From a virus: DNA of 55,502 nucleotides. The first letter of the stretch is position 1. The number at the start of each line of letters is the position of its first letter. The notes beneath the pieces were generated by a model. That model saw nothing but the letters and a program-made list of their open reading frames with translations. It had not been told where the DNA came from and did no database searches. Positions 1 through 8,713 of this stretch are shown here, piece by piece. The position numbers were made by a program, and so were the translations under genes. The stretch is taken from IMG/VR virus record IMGVR_UViG_3300038701_001228, positions 1-55,502 of that record; one strand, given 5' to 3'.

Positions 1-127
1 AGATCGTTGCCATTTACAACGAATAAGGGTCGCCTACGGAAGAAGGGTTAATTTTAGAGATAGATAGTATAGTAGATAGTTAATTATAACTAAACTAACC
101 TACCCCCTGTGGTATCCCGCTGGTTTT
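1..127. repeat. 127-bp end sequence identical to 55376..55502 (assembly circular-closure overlap or short direct terminal repeat)
   Basis: Base-by-base comparison: 1..127 (agatcgttgcc...cccgctggtttt) is reproduced exactly at 55376..55502. Confidence 0.95.
58..81. repeat. Right arm of a 24-nt imperfect inverted repeat made of (T)ATCTA/TAGATA units (partner 55320..55343)
   Basis: The reverse complement of agatagatagtatagtagatagtt matches aactatctatttatctatctatct at 20 of 24 positions. The arms are separated by about 89 bp across the junction. Confidence 0.7.
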
Positions 128-190
128 ATTGGCAAAATCCCGATACTTTACCTGTCTACTTACACAGTAAACATGTAACGTATGTGCAGT

Positions 191-218
191 AATCGGGTAT
201 TTGTCACCCCGATTTTTT
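191..218 (+). terminator. Plus-strand intrinsic-terminator-like hairpin inside the non-coding region
   Basis: aatcggg (191-197) / cccgatt (208-214) form a perfect 7-bp stem with a 10-nt loop, followed by tttt (215-218). Confidence 0.5.
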
Positions 219-333
219 AACTAACTGCGTGTCAAGTTTAGTCACTTTACCCATAACCCACTGTTTTTACACACAAAAAACTATCTAACTCGAAACTTAT
301 ACATGTAAAGTTAAACTTGACGCGCATATCTTA

Positions 334-398
334 TAGCCCCCGACTACATGGTGTATAGTTATACGTGTATATTTACCGGACACCCTGTAGCCCCCGAC
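334..398. repeat. Direct repeat of the 11-mer tagcccccgac (334..344 and 388..398)
   Basis: Exact 11-mer occurs twice, 54 bp apart. The extended 13-mers tatagcccccgac / tgtagcccccgac differ at one base. Confidence 0.7.
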
Positions 399-472
399 GT
401 ATGGGCGAGCGAAGCGAGCAGCCAATAGCACCCACGCTGAGCTGAGCCTGCTCGCTGGTGTCGAGACAAAAA

Positions 473-499
473 ACCCGCCCAGCTGTTACACTGGGCGGG
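473..499 (-). terminator. Rho-independent terminator of the small minus-strand operon
   Basis: On the minus strand: CCCGCCCAG-tgtaacag-CTGGGCGGG followed by TTTTTTG, immediately downstream of the stop of CDS 507..716. Confidence 0.8.
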
Positions 500-506
500 C
501 TGTGGG

Positions 507-716
507 TTAGAGGGCGAGGGTGGTCACGAGGATCACCGCCATGATGACGACGAAGATCAGGGTCGCAAGGGCCTCGCGGATGATGCCGGTCGGCTGCGCC
601 TCCTCTTTCTTGCGGAGGTATTTCCGCGCTGCGGCTTCGCCGAGCTTCTTCGCCGCGGCTTCGCGCCGGTTCATGATGTCGCGCAGCTCGCTGCGCTTGT
701 AGACCTTGATAGTCAT
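507..716 (-). CDS. Small tail-anchored membrane protein, function unknown
   Basis: 69-aa ORF with SD AGGAG 7 nt upstream of the ATG. Lys/Arg-rich N-terminal part and a C-terminal hydrophobic helix (ALATLIFVVIMAVILVTTLAL). Confidence 0.6.
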   Translation of the reverse strand: MTIKVYKRSELRDIMNRREAAAKKLGEAAARKYLRKKEEAQPTGIIREALATLIFVVIMAVILVTTLAL

Positions 717-743
717 GTCACTTCTCCTGTGAGGGGGCTGGCG

Positions 744-986
744 CTATCGCGCCAGCCGGTTGCAAGTTGAACAGTCGCAAGGTTTTTTGCGACGGCATTG
801 TCCGATAGCGTTTGGCCGCGGAGCGAATGAGCGTGGGGTTTTCTCCGGCCCGTACCAGTTTTCTGGTATGCGCGTTTTGATGTCCCGTATCTCCTGCTCC
901 GTGACCGCGTCACCGGGATTCCCGCCTACGCACCACGCTTTCCGCGCGGCGACGTTTTCTTGGCGTGCCAGTTCTTCCATTGTCAT
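744..986 (-). CDS. Hypothetical protein
   Basis: 80-aa ORF with GGAGAAGTGGCATG initiation context. C-terminal Cys cluster (CRRKKPCDCSTC). Confidence 0.5.
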   Translation of the reverse strand: MTMEELARQENVAARKAWCVGGNPGDAVTEQEIRDIKTRIPENWYGPEKTPRSFAPRPNAIGQCRRKKPCDCSTCNRLAR

Positions 987-1010
987 GCCACTTCTCCAAT
1001 GGTGTAAGGT

Positions 1011-1032
1011 GGCCAGCCCGCAAGGGCTGGCC
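1011..1032 (-). other. Intercistronic GC-rich stem-loop
   Basis: ggccagccc / gggctggcc form a perfect 9-bp stem with a 4-nt loop, between CDS 1040..1324 and CDS 744..986. No U-tract follows on either strand. Confidence 0.5.
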
Positions 1033-1039
1033 GTTGTGC

Positions 1040-1324
1040 TTAGAGCTTGAACACAGGCTTGCTCGATGCCTTGGTCTGCCGAGCGGTTTGCTCAGGAACC
1101 TTGGCGACGGACAGCTTGCCGAAGCGGTAGCCGAAGGCGAGAGTGTAGCCTTCGTCCAAAGCGCCTTTCTTGCGAGCCGCAGCGATAAACTGGGTTTCGA
1201 AAGCCGCCTTGGTGTCCTTGTAAATCTTTTCGGCTTCCCGCACCGCGTCGAGTCGCTTGGCCAGAGCCGCGCTTTCGACAGAAACTTCGATCCAGTTCAG
1301 TTCGGACGCGTTACGCTTAGTCAT
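1040..1324 (-). CDS. Hypothetical protein
   Basis: 94-aa ORF with SD GGAGAG upstream of the ATG at 1324. Confidence 0.55.
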   Translation of the reverse strand: MTKRNASELNWIEVSVESAALAKRLDAVREAEKIYKDTKAAFETQFIAAARKKGALDEGYTLAFGYRFGKLSVAKVPEQTARQTKASSKPVFKL

Positions 1325-1774
1325 AGTTCTCTCCTAGAGATTGAGGTTGAAAGAGAGAGCCACCATCATCGGTTCCCGGGGGAACCTAGGTCCGGTTAAC
1401 GATTTCAAAGAGCGCGGACCGGGTGGCCCGACCGAGCGGCGTGTCGTCTGCCGTTCGATGGATTCTTTATGGCATACCTGACACGGGGTCGCAAGTTAGG
1501 CTTGTTTTCCTAGGTTTTCAGGTGCGCCGCGTCACGTATCGCGGCGCGCGGCGGCGTTCGAGGGGGGAGGGGGAGGGGGGCACATGGACTGGCGAAACCG
1601 GACCGCCCCCGTATTGTAGTAAACCTCGCAAAGCACGACCCTAAAAAACCAAAGTTCACGCTTTGTTCCGCCTTGCAGAACGCCGACCCGCAAAAAATCC
1701 ACCCCCAAAAAAGGAACGTGTTAACTTTGTATACCCCCTTGTCAGACCCCCCACCGCCCAGCTATCTTCGCGGT
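1325..1774. promoter_or_regulatory. Divergent intergenic region between the small minus operon and the late (plus) arm; candidate promoters, operator and packaging signals
   Basis: 450 bp without a credible ORF. Contains a 16-bp perfect palindrome ggttcccgggggaacc (1371..1386), a hairpin gcgccgcg/cgcggcgc (1524..1547) and a G-tract G6-A-G5-A-G6 (1562..1580). Confidence 0.5.
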
Positions 1775-2251
1775 ATGGATACGCTCCCGCTGAACCACAC
1801 CAAATGGTCTGACCGCCTGGCCTTCGACGTTGCCCTTGCGCTGGAGGGCAGCGGGGAGACGCTCGACGAGATCAAGCAACGGCACCACATCTCGGCCAGT
1901 GAGCTGCTGGTCTTCAACAAGGACCCGGTGTTCCTCAAGTCGGTGGAGAAGTACCGCGAGGAGGTCCGGGAGAAGGGGCTGACCTTCAAGCTCAAGGCCC
2001 GGGCACAGGCCGAGGAGCTCCTGACGACGTCTTGGGCGCTGATCCACAGCGCCGATGTGTCTCCGGCGGTGAAGGCCGACCTCATCAAGAGCACGGTGAA
2101 GTGGGCCGGGCTGGAGGTGAAGACCGACGACAACGCCGGTGGTGCCACTGGTGGCGTGAAGATCAACATCAACTTCGGGAACAACACCCCGCCCATGACC
2201 CTCACGGCGGACGTGGAGGGCGATCTCATTGAGCATTCTGACGAGGTTTGA
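1775..2251 (+). CDS. terS: Putative terminase small subunit
   Basis: Lies immediately upstream of terL. N-terminal HTH-like segment (ETLDEIKQRHHISASELLVF) followed by a helical oligomerisation-like region. Start set at ATG 1775 because the TTG-1673 extension is Pro/Gln-rich junk. No SD is visible. Confidence 0.5.
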   Translation: MDTLPLNHTKWSDRLAFDVALALEGSGETLDEIKQRHHISASELLVFNKDPVFLKSVEKYREEVREKGLTFKLKARAQAEELLTTSWALIHSADVSPAVKADLIKSTVKWAGLEVKTDDNAGGATGGVKININFGNNTPPMTLTADVEGDLIEHSDEV

Positions 2252-2259
2252 CGCGACCT

Positions 2260-2418
2260 ATGAAGGGTCCCCGGCGGTTCGCCTCCAAACGGTTCGAGAG
2301 CATGAAGACCTACGCGCGGCGCTTGAAGGCGAAGGTCACTCGTACCGGACGAAGATCGTCCCCCCACGTGGCAGAACGCACCGACGCCCAAAAGGACGCC
2401 CGAGGGAAATCGTGGTGA
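2260..2418 (+). CDS. Possible 52-aa highly basic miniprotein (not in the ORF track)
   Basis: ATG 2260 to TGA 2416-2418 gives MKGPRRFASKRFESMKTYARRLKAKVTRTGRRSSPHVAERTDAQKDARGKSW. By hand count about 40 of 52 codons end in G/C, as in genuine genes here. It fills the terS-terL gap. Confidence 0.4.
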   Translation: MKGPRRFASKRFESMKTYARRLKAKVTRTGRRSSPHVAERTDAQKDARGKSW

Positions 2419-2439
2419 TACTGGTGAAGGAGCACACCT

Positions 2440-3828
2440 GTGGCGCTTGACATCGACTACACCCCGCCGCCCACCGGCGAGCGGTTCATGAAGTCCGACG
2501 CCAAGATGCGGGTGCTCATGGGCCCCGTTGGGTCTGGCAAGTCCGTGACCTGCAGCTTCGAGATCATCCGCCGGGCGGCCATGCAGGAACCTGACGAGAA
2601 CACGGGCAAGCGGCGGACGCGGGCGGCTATCGTCCGTGAGACGGCGCGACAGCTGCAGGACACGACGATCAAGACGTTCCTCGACTGGTTCCCGCCGGGG
2701 GTGTGTGGGCGATACATGCGCACCACCAAGACCTACTTCTTCGAGGTGGGGGACATCGAGTGTGAGATCATGTTCCGGGCGCTGGACGACGCGGACGACG
2801 TGGCCAACCTCAACTCGCTGGAATTGACCTTCGCGTGGTTCAACGAGTGCAGGGACATCCACCCCGAGATCGTCGACGCCATGTCCAAGCGGATTGGGCG
2901 CTTCCCCAGCTCCAAGGATGGCGGCCCGACGTGGTTCGGGATGTGGGGGGATACGAACCCGCCGACCATGGACACGTGGTGGTACTACCAGATGGAGCAC
3001 CTCGACCCAAAAGACGGGGTCTCGCCCAACGACAACAAGTGGGACGTGTTCAAGCAACCGTCGGGGCGGAGCCAGCAGGCGGAGAACATCGAGAACCTGC
3101 CAGAGGGGTATTACGACACTACGGGCCGGTCGGAGGACTACATCCGGGTCTTCATCGACGGGGAGTACGGGCTCAGCAGCAACGGCCAGCCGGTCTACCA
3201 GTACTTCCGCCCGGACTATCACATGGCGTCACAGGCCCTCCGGCACGTTCAGAACGGCGTGCGGCCTGTCGTCGTGGGGATCGACTTGGGGTTGACGCCG
3301 GCGGCTGTGATCGGGCAGCAAGACCCCCGCGGGCGGGCGCTGGTGCTGGACGAGCTGGTGAGCTTCGACATGGGCATCCAACGCTTCGTCCGCACGATGC
3401 TCAAGCCCTTGCTCTACGAACGCTTTTCCGGTGCGCCGGTGCTGCTCGTGGTCGACCCGGCGGGTGTGCAGCGGGCGCAGACCGACGAGCGGTCGGCGGT
3501 GGACATCATCAAGGCTGAGGGGCTGCGGGTCATCCCGGCCAAGACCAACAAGGTCAGCGCGCGGATCAACGCCGTGGACGACCTCCTCATGCGCCAAGTG
3601 GACGGCGACCCTGCGTTCGTGATGGACCCGCGCTGCACGCGGCTCAAAGCGGCCATGATGGGGGGCTACCGGTTCGACAAGAACGGCGGGATCGATAAGA
3701 ACAAGCACAGTCACGTAGCAGAGGCGCTGCAGTACCTCTGCCTGCATATATCTAGTGTCGGCGACGGAGCGGCACACATTATACAGCGCCGTGAGGTGAA
3801 ACCTGTTGCGTCTGCCGGGTGGACGTAG
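2440..3828 (+). CDS. terL: Terminase large subunit
   Basis: 462 aa with Walker A GPVGSGKS near the N-terminus and an ATPase-plus-nuclease layout. SD GAAGGAG lies 7 nt upstream of GTG 2440. Confidence 0.85.
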   Translation: MALDIDYTPPPTGERFMKSDAKMRVLMGPVGSGKSVTCSFEIIRRAAMQEPDENTGKRRTRAAIVRETARQLQDTTIKTFLDWFPPGVCGRYMRTTKTYFFEVGDIECEIMFRALDDADDVANLNSLELTFAWFNECRDIHPEIVDAMSKRIGRFPSSKDGGPTWFGMWGDTNPPTMDTWWYYQMEHLDPKDGVSPNDNKWDVFKQPSGRSQQAENIENLPEGYYDTTGRSEDYIRVFIDGEYGLSSNGQPVYQYFRPDYHMASQALRHVQNGVRPVVVGIDLGLTPAAVIGQQDPRGRALVLDELVSFDMGIQRFVRTMLKPLLYERFSGAPVLLVVDPAGVQRAQTDERSAVDIIKAEGLRVIPAKTNKVSARINAVDDLLMRQVDGDPAFVMDPRCTRLKAAMMGGYRFDKNGGIDKNKHSHVAEALQYLCLHISSVGDGAAHIIQRREVKPVASAGWT

Positions 3829-3890
3829 TAAACAGACGGCATCACGGGACAACAACCTCCCTGTTGGACCTTGCTCACTCGCTTCTCCAG

Positions 3891-3923
3891 CCCCCATCGG
3901 ACGTCACCCGATGGGGGTTTTTT
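3891..3923 (+). terminator. Rho-independent terminator after terL
   Basis: cccccatcgg (3891-3900) / ccgatggggg (3908-3917) form a perfect 10-bp stem with a 7-nt loop, followed by tttttt. Confidence 0.8.
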
Positions 3924-3930
3924 CTTTGGC

Positions 3931-3959
3931 TTGCCGGGTAACATGCTGGTGTGTATATT
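3931..3959 (+). promoter_or_regulatory. Sigma70-like promoter upstream of the portal gene
   Basis: TTGCCG (3931-3936), 17-nt spacer, TATATT (3954-3959). The portal ATG is at 3977, with GAGG in between. Confidence 0.5.
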
Positions 3960-3976
3960 CCGGGTAGAGGTACCCT

Positions 3977-6046
3977 ATGGCTGGATTGACGATACTCCGC
4001 GTTGTCGATAACGAGACGCTTGCTCGTGAGGAGCAGGAGCGGATAGATCGTGAGCTGCAGGCGCGGCAGAGTGATCCCTTCATCCTTGGCCTGACGGCCT
4101 ATCTGCGCGAGTGCTGGGACGCTGCGCGGATCGCCAAAAAACCCATCGAAGACATCATGTTGCGTGCCATGCGGCAGCGCAACGGTGAGTATGAAGCTGA
4201 CAAGCTGAGCCAGATCAGGCAGCAGGGCGGCTCCGAGGTCTACATGATGGTGACCGAGGTGAAGTGCCGGGCTGCGGAGAGCTGGCTGCGGGACATCATG
4301 CTCGACCAAGGGATGCCCCCGTGGGACTTGAACCCGACGACGATCCCCGACCTGTCGCCTGACACGGACGCGGAGATCGAGCAGGCGTTTGGGGCCAAGG
4401 TCGTCGAGATGCTGCAAGCGCAGAACACGGCCCCCACGGTGGATGAGATGGCCGAGCTGCGCGAGATGGTGGCGCAGGACTTCCGGTTCCGGCTGCTGCA
4501 GGAAGCGCAGAACCGCGCGGACCGCATGAAGCACAAGATCGAGGATCAGTTCGAGCAAGGCGGCTGGGCAGAGGCGTTCAACGAGTTCATCACGGACCTC
4601 GTGACCTTCCCGGCGGCCTTCGTGAAGGGGCCGGTCGTGCGTCGGCAGCGGACGCTGGGGTACACCAAGGCACCGGATGGGACGACTATCGTCGAGGCGA
4701 CAGAGCGCCTTGGGCCTGAGTATGAACGGGTCGATCCGTTCCGCATCTACCCCGAGCCGGGTATCCGGCACATCAACGACGGCTACCTGTTCGAGCATCA
4801 TCACATGAGCCGGATGGAGCTGGCGGACCTGATTGGTGTGCCGGGGTATGATGACGACGCGATCCGCAAAGTGCTCGAGATCGGCAACGGTCAGTCTTGG
4901 ATCAACGAGGACGTGGAGCTGGAGAAGGAGGAGCAGGAGCGCCTCTATTACGCCTACAACTCGCCCACCGAGATGTTCGACGCGCTGGAGTTCTGGGGCA
5001 AGGTCAGCGGCGAGATGCTGCGTGAATGGGGGCTCTCCGAGGAGGAGGTGCCTGACGCGGCGCGGGAGTACGACGCCAACGTATGGGTGGTGGGGAACTA
5101 CGTCATCAAGGCGGTTCTAAACTACGATCCGCTGGGCGAGAAGCCCTACGCCAAGACGAGCTTCATCAAGCAGCCCGGGGCGTTCTGGGGCCGCGGCATC
5201 CCCGAGATCATCGAGGACATCCAGAACATCTGCAACGCGGCAGCGCGGTCGCTGGTCAACAACATGGCCATTGCCTCCGGCCCGCAGATCGAGGTCAACC
5301 TCGAGCGCATCCCGCCTAACGAGGACATCACCCAGCTCCACCCGTGGAAAATCTGGCAGACGATGAACGACCCGCTCGGGTCGAGCGCGCCTGCTGTGCG
5401 GTTCTCGCAGCCTGACTCGCGGGCCAACGAGCTGATGGGGGTCTACGACCGGTTCTCGCGCATGGCGGACGACCACAGCGGCATCCCGGCCTACGTCTAC
5501 GGCGACCTGAACGTGCAGGGGGCTGGGCGCACGGCCTCGGGCCTGTCGATGCTGATGGGCTCCGCGGGCAAGGGTATTCGTCAGGTGGTGATGCACATCG
5601 ACAACGACATCATCCACCCCATCGTCAAGCGGCAGTTCCTCTACAACATGCGCTACGACCCAGATGAGGCGATCAAGGGCGACGTGGAGGTCGTGCCGCG
5701 CGGTGCGATCAACCTCGCGGTCAAGGAGACCGTCAACGTTCGCCGGGTGGAGTTCCTCAACGCCACGGCCAATCCCATCGACATCGAGATCATGGGCCCC
5801 GACGGGCGCGCAGCGATCCTGCGCGAGGTCGCCAAAGGGCTGCAGATGCCGGTCGACGAGGTCATCCCGTCCCGCGAGAAGATGTCCTACGAACAGAAGC
5901 TCGCCGCGCAGGCCATGGCCGCGCAGGCCGCGCAGGGCGGGCAGCAACAAGGCGGTGCGCCGACACCCACCTTCCCGGGTGGTATGCCCATGGGCGGGCA
6001 GCAGGCGAACACCGTGATGAATCGTGACACTGGGGGTGCAGGATGA
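3977..6046 (+). CDS. Portal protein
   Basis: 689 aa, positioned directly after terL and before scaffold/capsid. Gln/Gly-rich C-terminal tail. Call rests on size and position. Confidence 0.75.
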   Translation: MAGLTILRVVDNETLAREEQERIDRELQARQSDPFILGLTAYLRECWDAARIAKKPIEDIMLRAMRQRNGEYEADKLSQIRQQGGSEVYMMVTEVKCRAAESWLRDIMLDQGMPPWDLNPTTIPDLSPDTDAEIEQAFGAKVVEMLQAQNTAPTVDEMAELREMVAQDFRFRLLQEAQNRADRMKHKIEDQFEQGGWAEAFNEFITDLVTFPAAFVKGPVVRRQRTLGYTKAPDGTTIVEATERLGPEYERVDPFRIYPEPGIRHINDGYLFEHHHMSRMELADLIGVPGYDDDAIRKVLEIGNGQSWINEDVELEKEEQERLYYAYNSPTEMFDALEFWGKVSGEMLREWGLSEEEVPDAAREYDANVWVVGNYVIKAVLNYDPLGEKPYAKTSFIKQPGAFWGRGIPEIIEDIQNICNAAARSLVNNMAIASGPQIEVNLERIPPNEDITQLHPWKIWQTMNDPLGSSAPAVRFSQPDSRANELMGVYDRFSRMADDHSGIPAYVYGDLNVQGAGRTASGLSMLMGSAGKGIRQVVMHIDNDIIHPIVKRQFLYNMRYDPDEAIKGDVEVVPRGAINLAVKETVNVRRVEFLNATANPIDIEIMGPDGRAAILREVAKGLQMPVDEVIPSREKMSYEQKLAAQAMAAQAAQGGQQQGGAPTPTFPGGMPMGGQQANTVMNRDTGGAG

Positions 6047-6267
6047 AGCGTCCTGACCCCAAGGCGGTCAAAGCTCTTGCGCTGACGGCACGACAGTTCC
6101 CAGAGGTCCGCGAATGGATCAGGGACTGGTACCGGCAGGAACTGGAGCAACTGCCCAGTGTTGGACAGAATGTGGCACTCGCACAGGGGCGGTGTCAGGT
6201 TCTGAAAGAACTCCATACGCTTATGGAGAAGGCCCCTGACATCGCTACAGAACCCGGCAAGGGATAG
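6043..6267 (+). CDS. Hypothetical protein
   Basis: 74-aa ORF overlapping the portal stop in an ATGA arrangement. Confidence 0.5.
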   Translation: MKRPDPKAVKALALTARQFPEVREWIRDWYRQELEQLPSVGQNVALAQGRCQVLKELHTLMEKAPDIATEPGKG

Positions 6268-6301
6268 CTGTTGGCTACGCATACCGATAGGAGCGTTCAA
6301 T

Positions 6302-7315
6302 ATGGCACTACCAGCACAAGTTCGTAAGCAGTCTGAGGCAGTCAACAAACTGTACGAAGAACTCAATGCTGACACGGAACAGACGGTCGAGACGACCGAG
6401 TCTGAGCCGGAAGGCGTTGAGGGCACGTCGCAGGGCGGAGAGGCCGACAGTGCAGCGAATGGAGCGCCCAAGTCCACGAAGCCAACCGAGCAGGCTGCTG
6501 TGGACCCTGACGAGGAAGAAACCTTTGAGAAAAGGTACCGTAGCCTGCAAGGCATGTACAACGCTGAGGTCCCTCGGCTTGCCGCAGAAAAGCGGGAGCT
6601 GACCAACCGCGTACAGCAGCTCGAGCAGCTGATCGCTTCGATGAACGCCGCGCCTGCACCCCAGCAGGAACCAGCCCAGAAGCTCGTCACCGAGCAGGAC
6701 TTGGAAGATTACGGCGATTCTATCGACGTCATGCGGCGCGTTTTCCGTGAGGAGATGGCGTCGAAGGATGCAGAGATCGGCGAGCTCAAGAACTTGGTTC
6801 GGCAGATGCAAGGCACGGTGGTCCCCCAAGTCCACCAGCTTTCGCAGAACTATGCCGTGTCCAATGAGCAGCGGTTTTGGGCGGACCTACAGACGGCTGT
6901 ACCTGACTGGCAGGAGATCAACGGCAACAAGGAGTTCCAAGCATGGCTCCTTGAGGTTGATCCACTCACGGGTATTGCCCGCCAGACGTATCTGGACGAC
7001 GCACAGCGTAACATGGATGCACGTCGGGTGGCCAATTTCTTCACGGCTTGGAAGGGCCTGACTGGTAAGACCGATGCTCGTACTTCGCGGGAACCTCAGT
7101 CCGCCTCGGAGCTTGAACGTCAGGTAGCACCCGGCAAAGGCCGGTCTGGCGGTGCCAAGCCTCAAGGCGAGGCCAAAACCTATACGTCCGAGGACATCAA
7201 GAAGTTCTTCTCTGATGTCCAGAAGGGGAAGTATAAGGGACGGGAGACTGAGCGGGACCGTATTGAGCGCGACATTTTCGCTGCACAGCGGGAAGGTCGT
7301 ATCGTAACCGCATGA
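6302..7315 (+). CDS. Putative scaffolding protein
   Basis: 337 aa, acidic and coiled-coil rich, located between portal and major capsid genes. Confidence 0.65.
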   Translation: MALPAQVRKQSEAVNKLYEELNADTEQTVETTESEPEGVEGTSQGGEADSAANGAPKSTKPTEQAAVDPDEEETFEKRYRSLQGMYNAEVPRLAAEKRELTNRVQQLEQLIASMNAAPAPQQEPAQKLVTEQDLEDYGDSIDVMRRVFREEMASKDAEIGELKNLVRQMQGTVVPQVHQLSQNYAVSNEQRFWADLQTAVPDWQEINGNKEFQAWLLEVDPLTGIARQTYLDDAQRNMDARRVANFFTAWKGLTGKTDARTSREPQSASELERQVAPGKGRSGGAKPQGEAKTYTSEDIKKFFSDVQKGKYKGRETERDRIERDIFAAQREGRIVTA

Positions 7316-7331
7316 GCTTAGGAGACATGAG

Positions 7332-8255
7332 ATGTCTTTTCCTGTCGCCGGTGGCCGCCCGGACTATAGCGGCAACTTCATCCCCGAAATCTGGTCGGGC
7401 AAGCTGATCGAGAATTTCTACGACGCCACCGTGCTCGCAGCAATCTCGAACACCGACTACGAAGGCGAAATCCGCAACATGGGTGACACGGTCAACATCC
7501 GTACCACCCCGGAGATCACCATTCGGGACTACGTCAAGGGCCAGACCCTGACCGTCGAGAACCCCGACAAGCCGAAGCTGCAGCTTGTCATCGACAAGGG
7601 TGAGTACTTCGCCTGCGTCGAAGACGATGTGGACAAGGTCCAGTCGGACATCAACCTGATGGACACTTGGTCGAAGGACGCTTCCGAGCGTATGAAGATC
7701 AAGATCGACCAGCGCGTGCTGACCGATCTGCTGCCTGACATCGCCGCCACCAACAAGGGCGCGACCGCAGGCGAGCAGTCGGCCTCGTTCAACCTCGGCA
7801 CGACCGGCGCTCCGCTGTCCATCACCAAGGACGGCGCTGGCGGTACCACCTCGGTGGTTGACCTGATCGTCGACATGGGCACCGTCCTCGACGAGGCGAA
7901 CGCTCCCGAGGGTGACCGTTATCTGGTGATCCCGGCCAAGATGGCTGGCCTCATCAAGAAGTCGGAGCTGAAGGACGCATCGCTGACTGGTGACGGCACC
8001 TCCATCGTCCGCAACGGTCGTCTGGGCATGGTTGACCGCTTCACGATCTACGTGTCGCACAACCTGAACGTCTCGTCGGGCAAGTACAGCATCATCGCTG
8101 GTCACAAGATGGGTTTCACCTTCGCATCGCAGATGACGGAGATGGAATCGCTGCGTGCCGAGTCCACCTTCGGCAACATCATCCGCGGGCTGCAGGTGTA
8201 TGGCTACAAGGTTGTGAAGCCTGAAGCCATCGCTCAGGCCGTCGTCTCGTTCTAA
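7332..8255 (+). CDS. Major capsid protein
   Basis: 307 aa immediately after the scaffold gene, with a strong SD (taggagacatgagATG). Sequence is of the type seen in podovirus HK97-fold capsid proteins. Confidence 0.75.
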   Translation: MSFPVAGGRPDYSGNFIPEIWSGKLIENFYDATVLAAISNTDYEGEIRNMGDTVNIRTTPEITIRDYVKGQTLTVENPDKPKLQLVIDKGEYFACVEDDVDKVQSDINLMDTWSKDASERMKIKIDQRVLTDLLPDIAATNKGATAGEQSASFNLGTTGAPLSITKDGAGGTTSVVDLIVDMGTVLDEANAPEGDRYLVIPAKMAGLIKKSELKDASLTGDGTSIVRNGRLGMVDRFTIYVSHNLNVSSGKYSIIAGHKMGFTFASQMTEMESLRAESTFGNIIRGLQVYGYKVVKPEAIAQAVVSF

Positions 8256-8268
8256 GGAGGGCAGATAG

Positions 8269-8712
8269 ATGACTGCTTACACTGACAGCCTCGGCTTCAA
8301 CAAGGGCAACGCAGATGCGTACCTTGCGCAGGGCAACGACCAACTGACGGTTATGTCCGTCGAGCTGGACTTTGCGGACATCATTGCAGCCCGTTCGGCG
8401 GCTGGGGTTGCGGCCCTGACCACCAGCGACACGCTGCAGGTTCTGCGCATCCCCGCCGGCTCGGTGGTCCTGTCGGCTGGTTTCACCGTGACCTCGGTGG
8501 AATCGACCAACACGACCGGCACCATCGGTCTGGCAGATGGCTCTGTGACGTACGCGACCGGCATCGCTATCAACGCGACCGGTACCAGTGCGGCGAATCT
8601 GGCGAACCCCACCGTGTACAGCGCGGCGGATACGCTGGACATCTCGTTCGCCACTGCCATGCCGACTGACCTCGTGGTCAAGGCATGGGTCGTCATGGCC
8701 GACGTGAGCTAA
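8269..8712 (+). CDS. Virion structural protein (possible capsid decoration)
   Basis: 147 aa directly downstream of the capsid gene with SD AAGGAGG. Thr/Ser/Ala-rich, beta-type sequence. Confidence 0.45.
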   Translation: MTAYTDSLGFNKGNADAYLAQGNDQLTVMSVELDFADIIAARSAAGVAALTTSDTLQVLRIPAGSVVLSAGFTVTSVESTNTTGTIGLADGSVTYATGIAINATGTSAANLANPTVYSAADTLDISFATAMPTDLVVKAWVVMADVS

Positions 8713-8713
8713 T

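Larger units (their letters stand above)
1..472. promoter_or_regulatory. AT-rich non-coding region, continuous with 55105..55375 across the junction; candidate origin / early-promoter region
   Basis: No credible ORF. Composition is visibly much more AT-rich than the coding arms. Dense short repeats: AACTATCTA/TAGATAGTT, TAGCCCCCGAC x2, AAACTTGAC(A/G)CGC. Confidence 0.6.

Noticed and set aside
1562-1580. G6-A-G5-A-G6 tract as a G-quadruplex
   Set aside because: There are only three G-runs. A canonical four-run, three-tetrad quadruplex cannot form without splitting runs. It is kept only as a compositional oddity of the regulatory region.
1590-1600. Additional CGAAAC core-like hexamers (1593 plus strand, 292 plus strand, 1193 and 37866 minus strand) as further hammerheads
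   Set aside because: No CUGAnGA box or compatible stems lie within ~80 nt of any of them.
2229-2450. 73-aa TTG-initiated ORF in the terS-terL gap
   Set aside because: It overlaps both neighbours and starts with a weak codon and no SD. The alternative 52-aa frame (2260..2418) shows the gene-like third-position G/C bias, and neither is proven.
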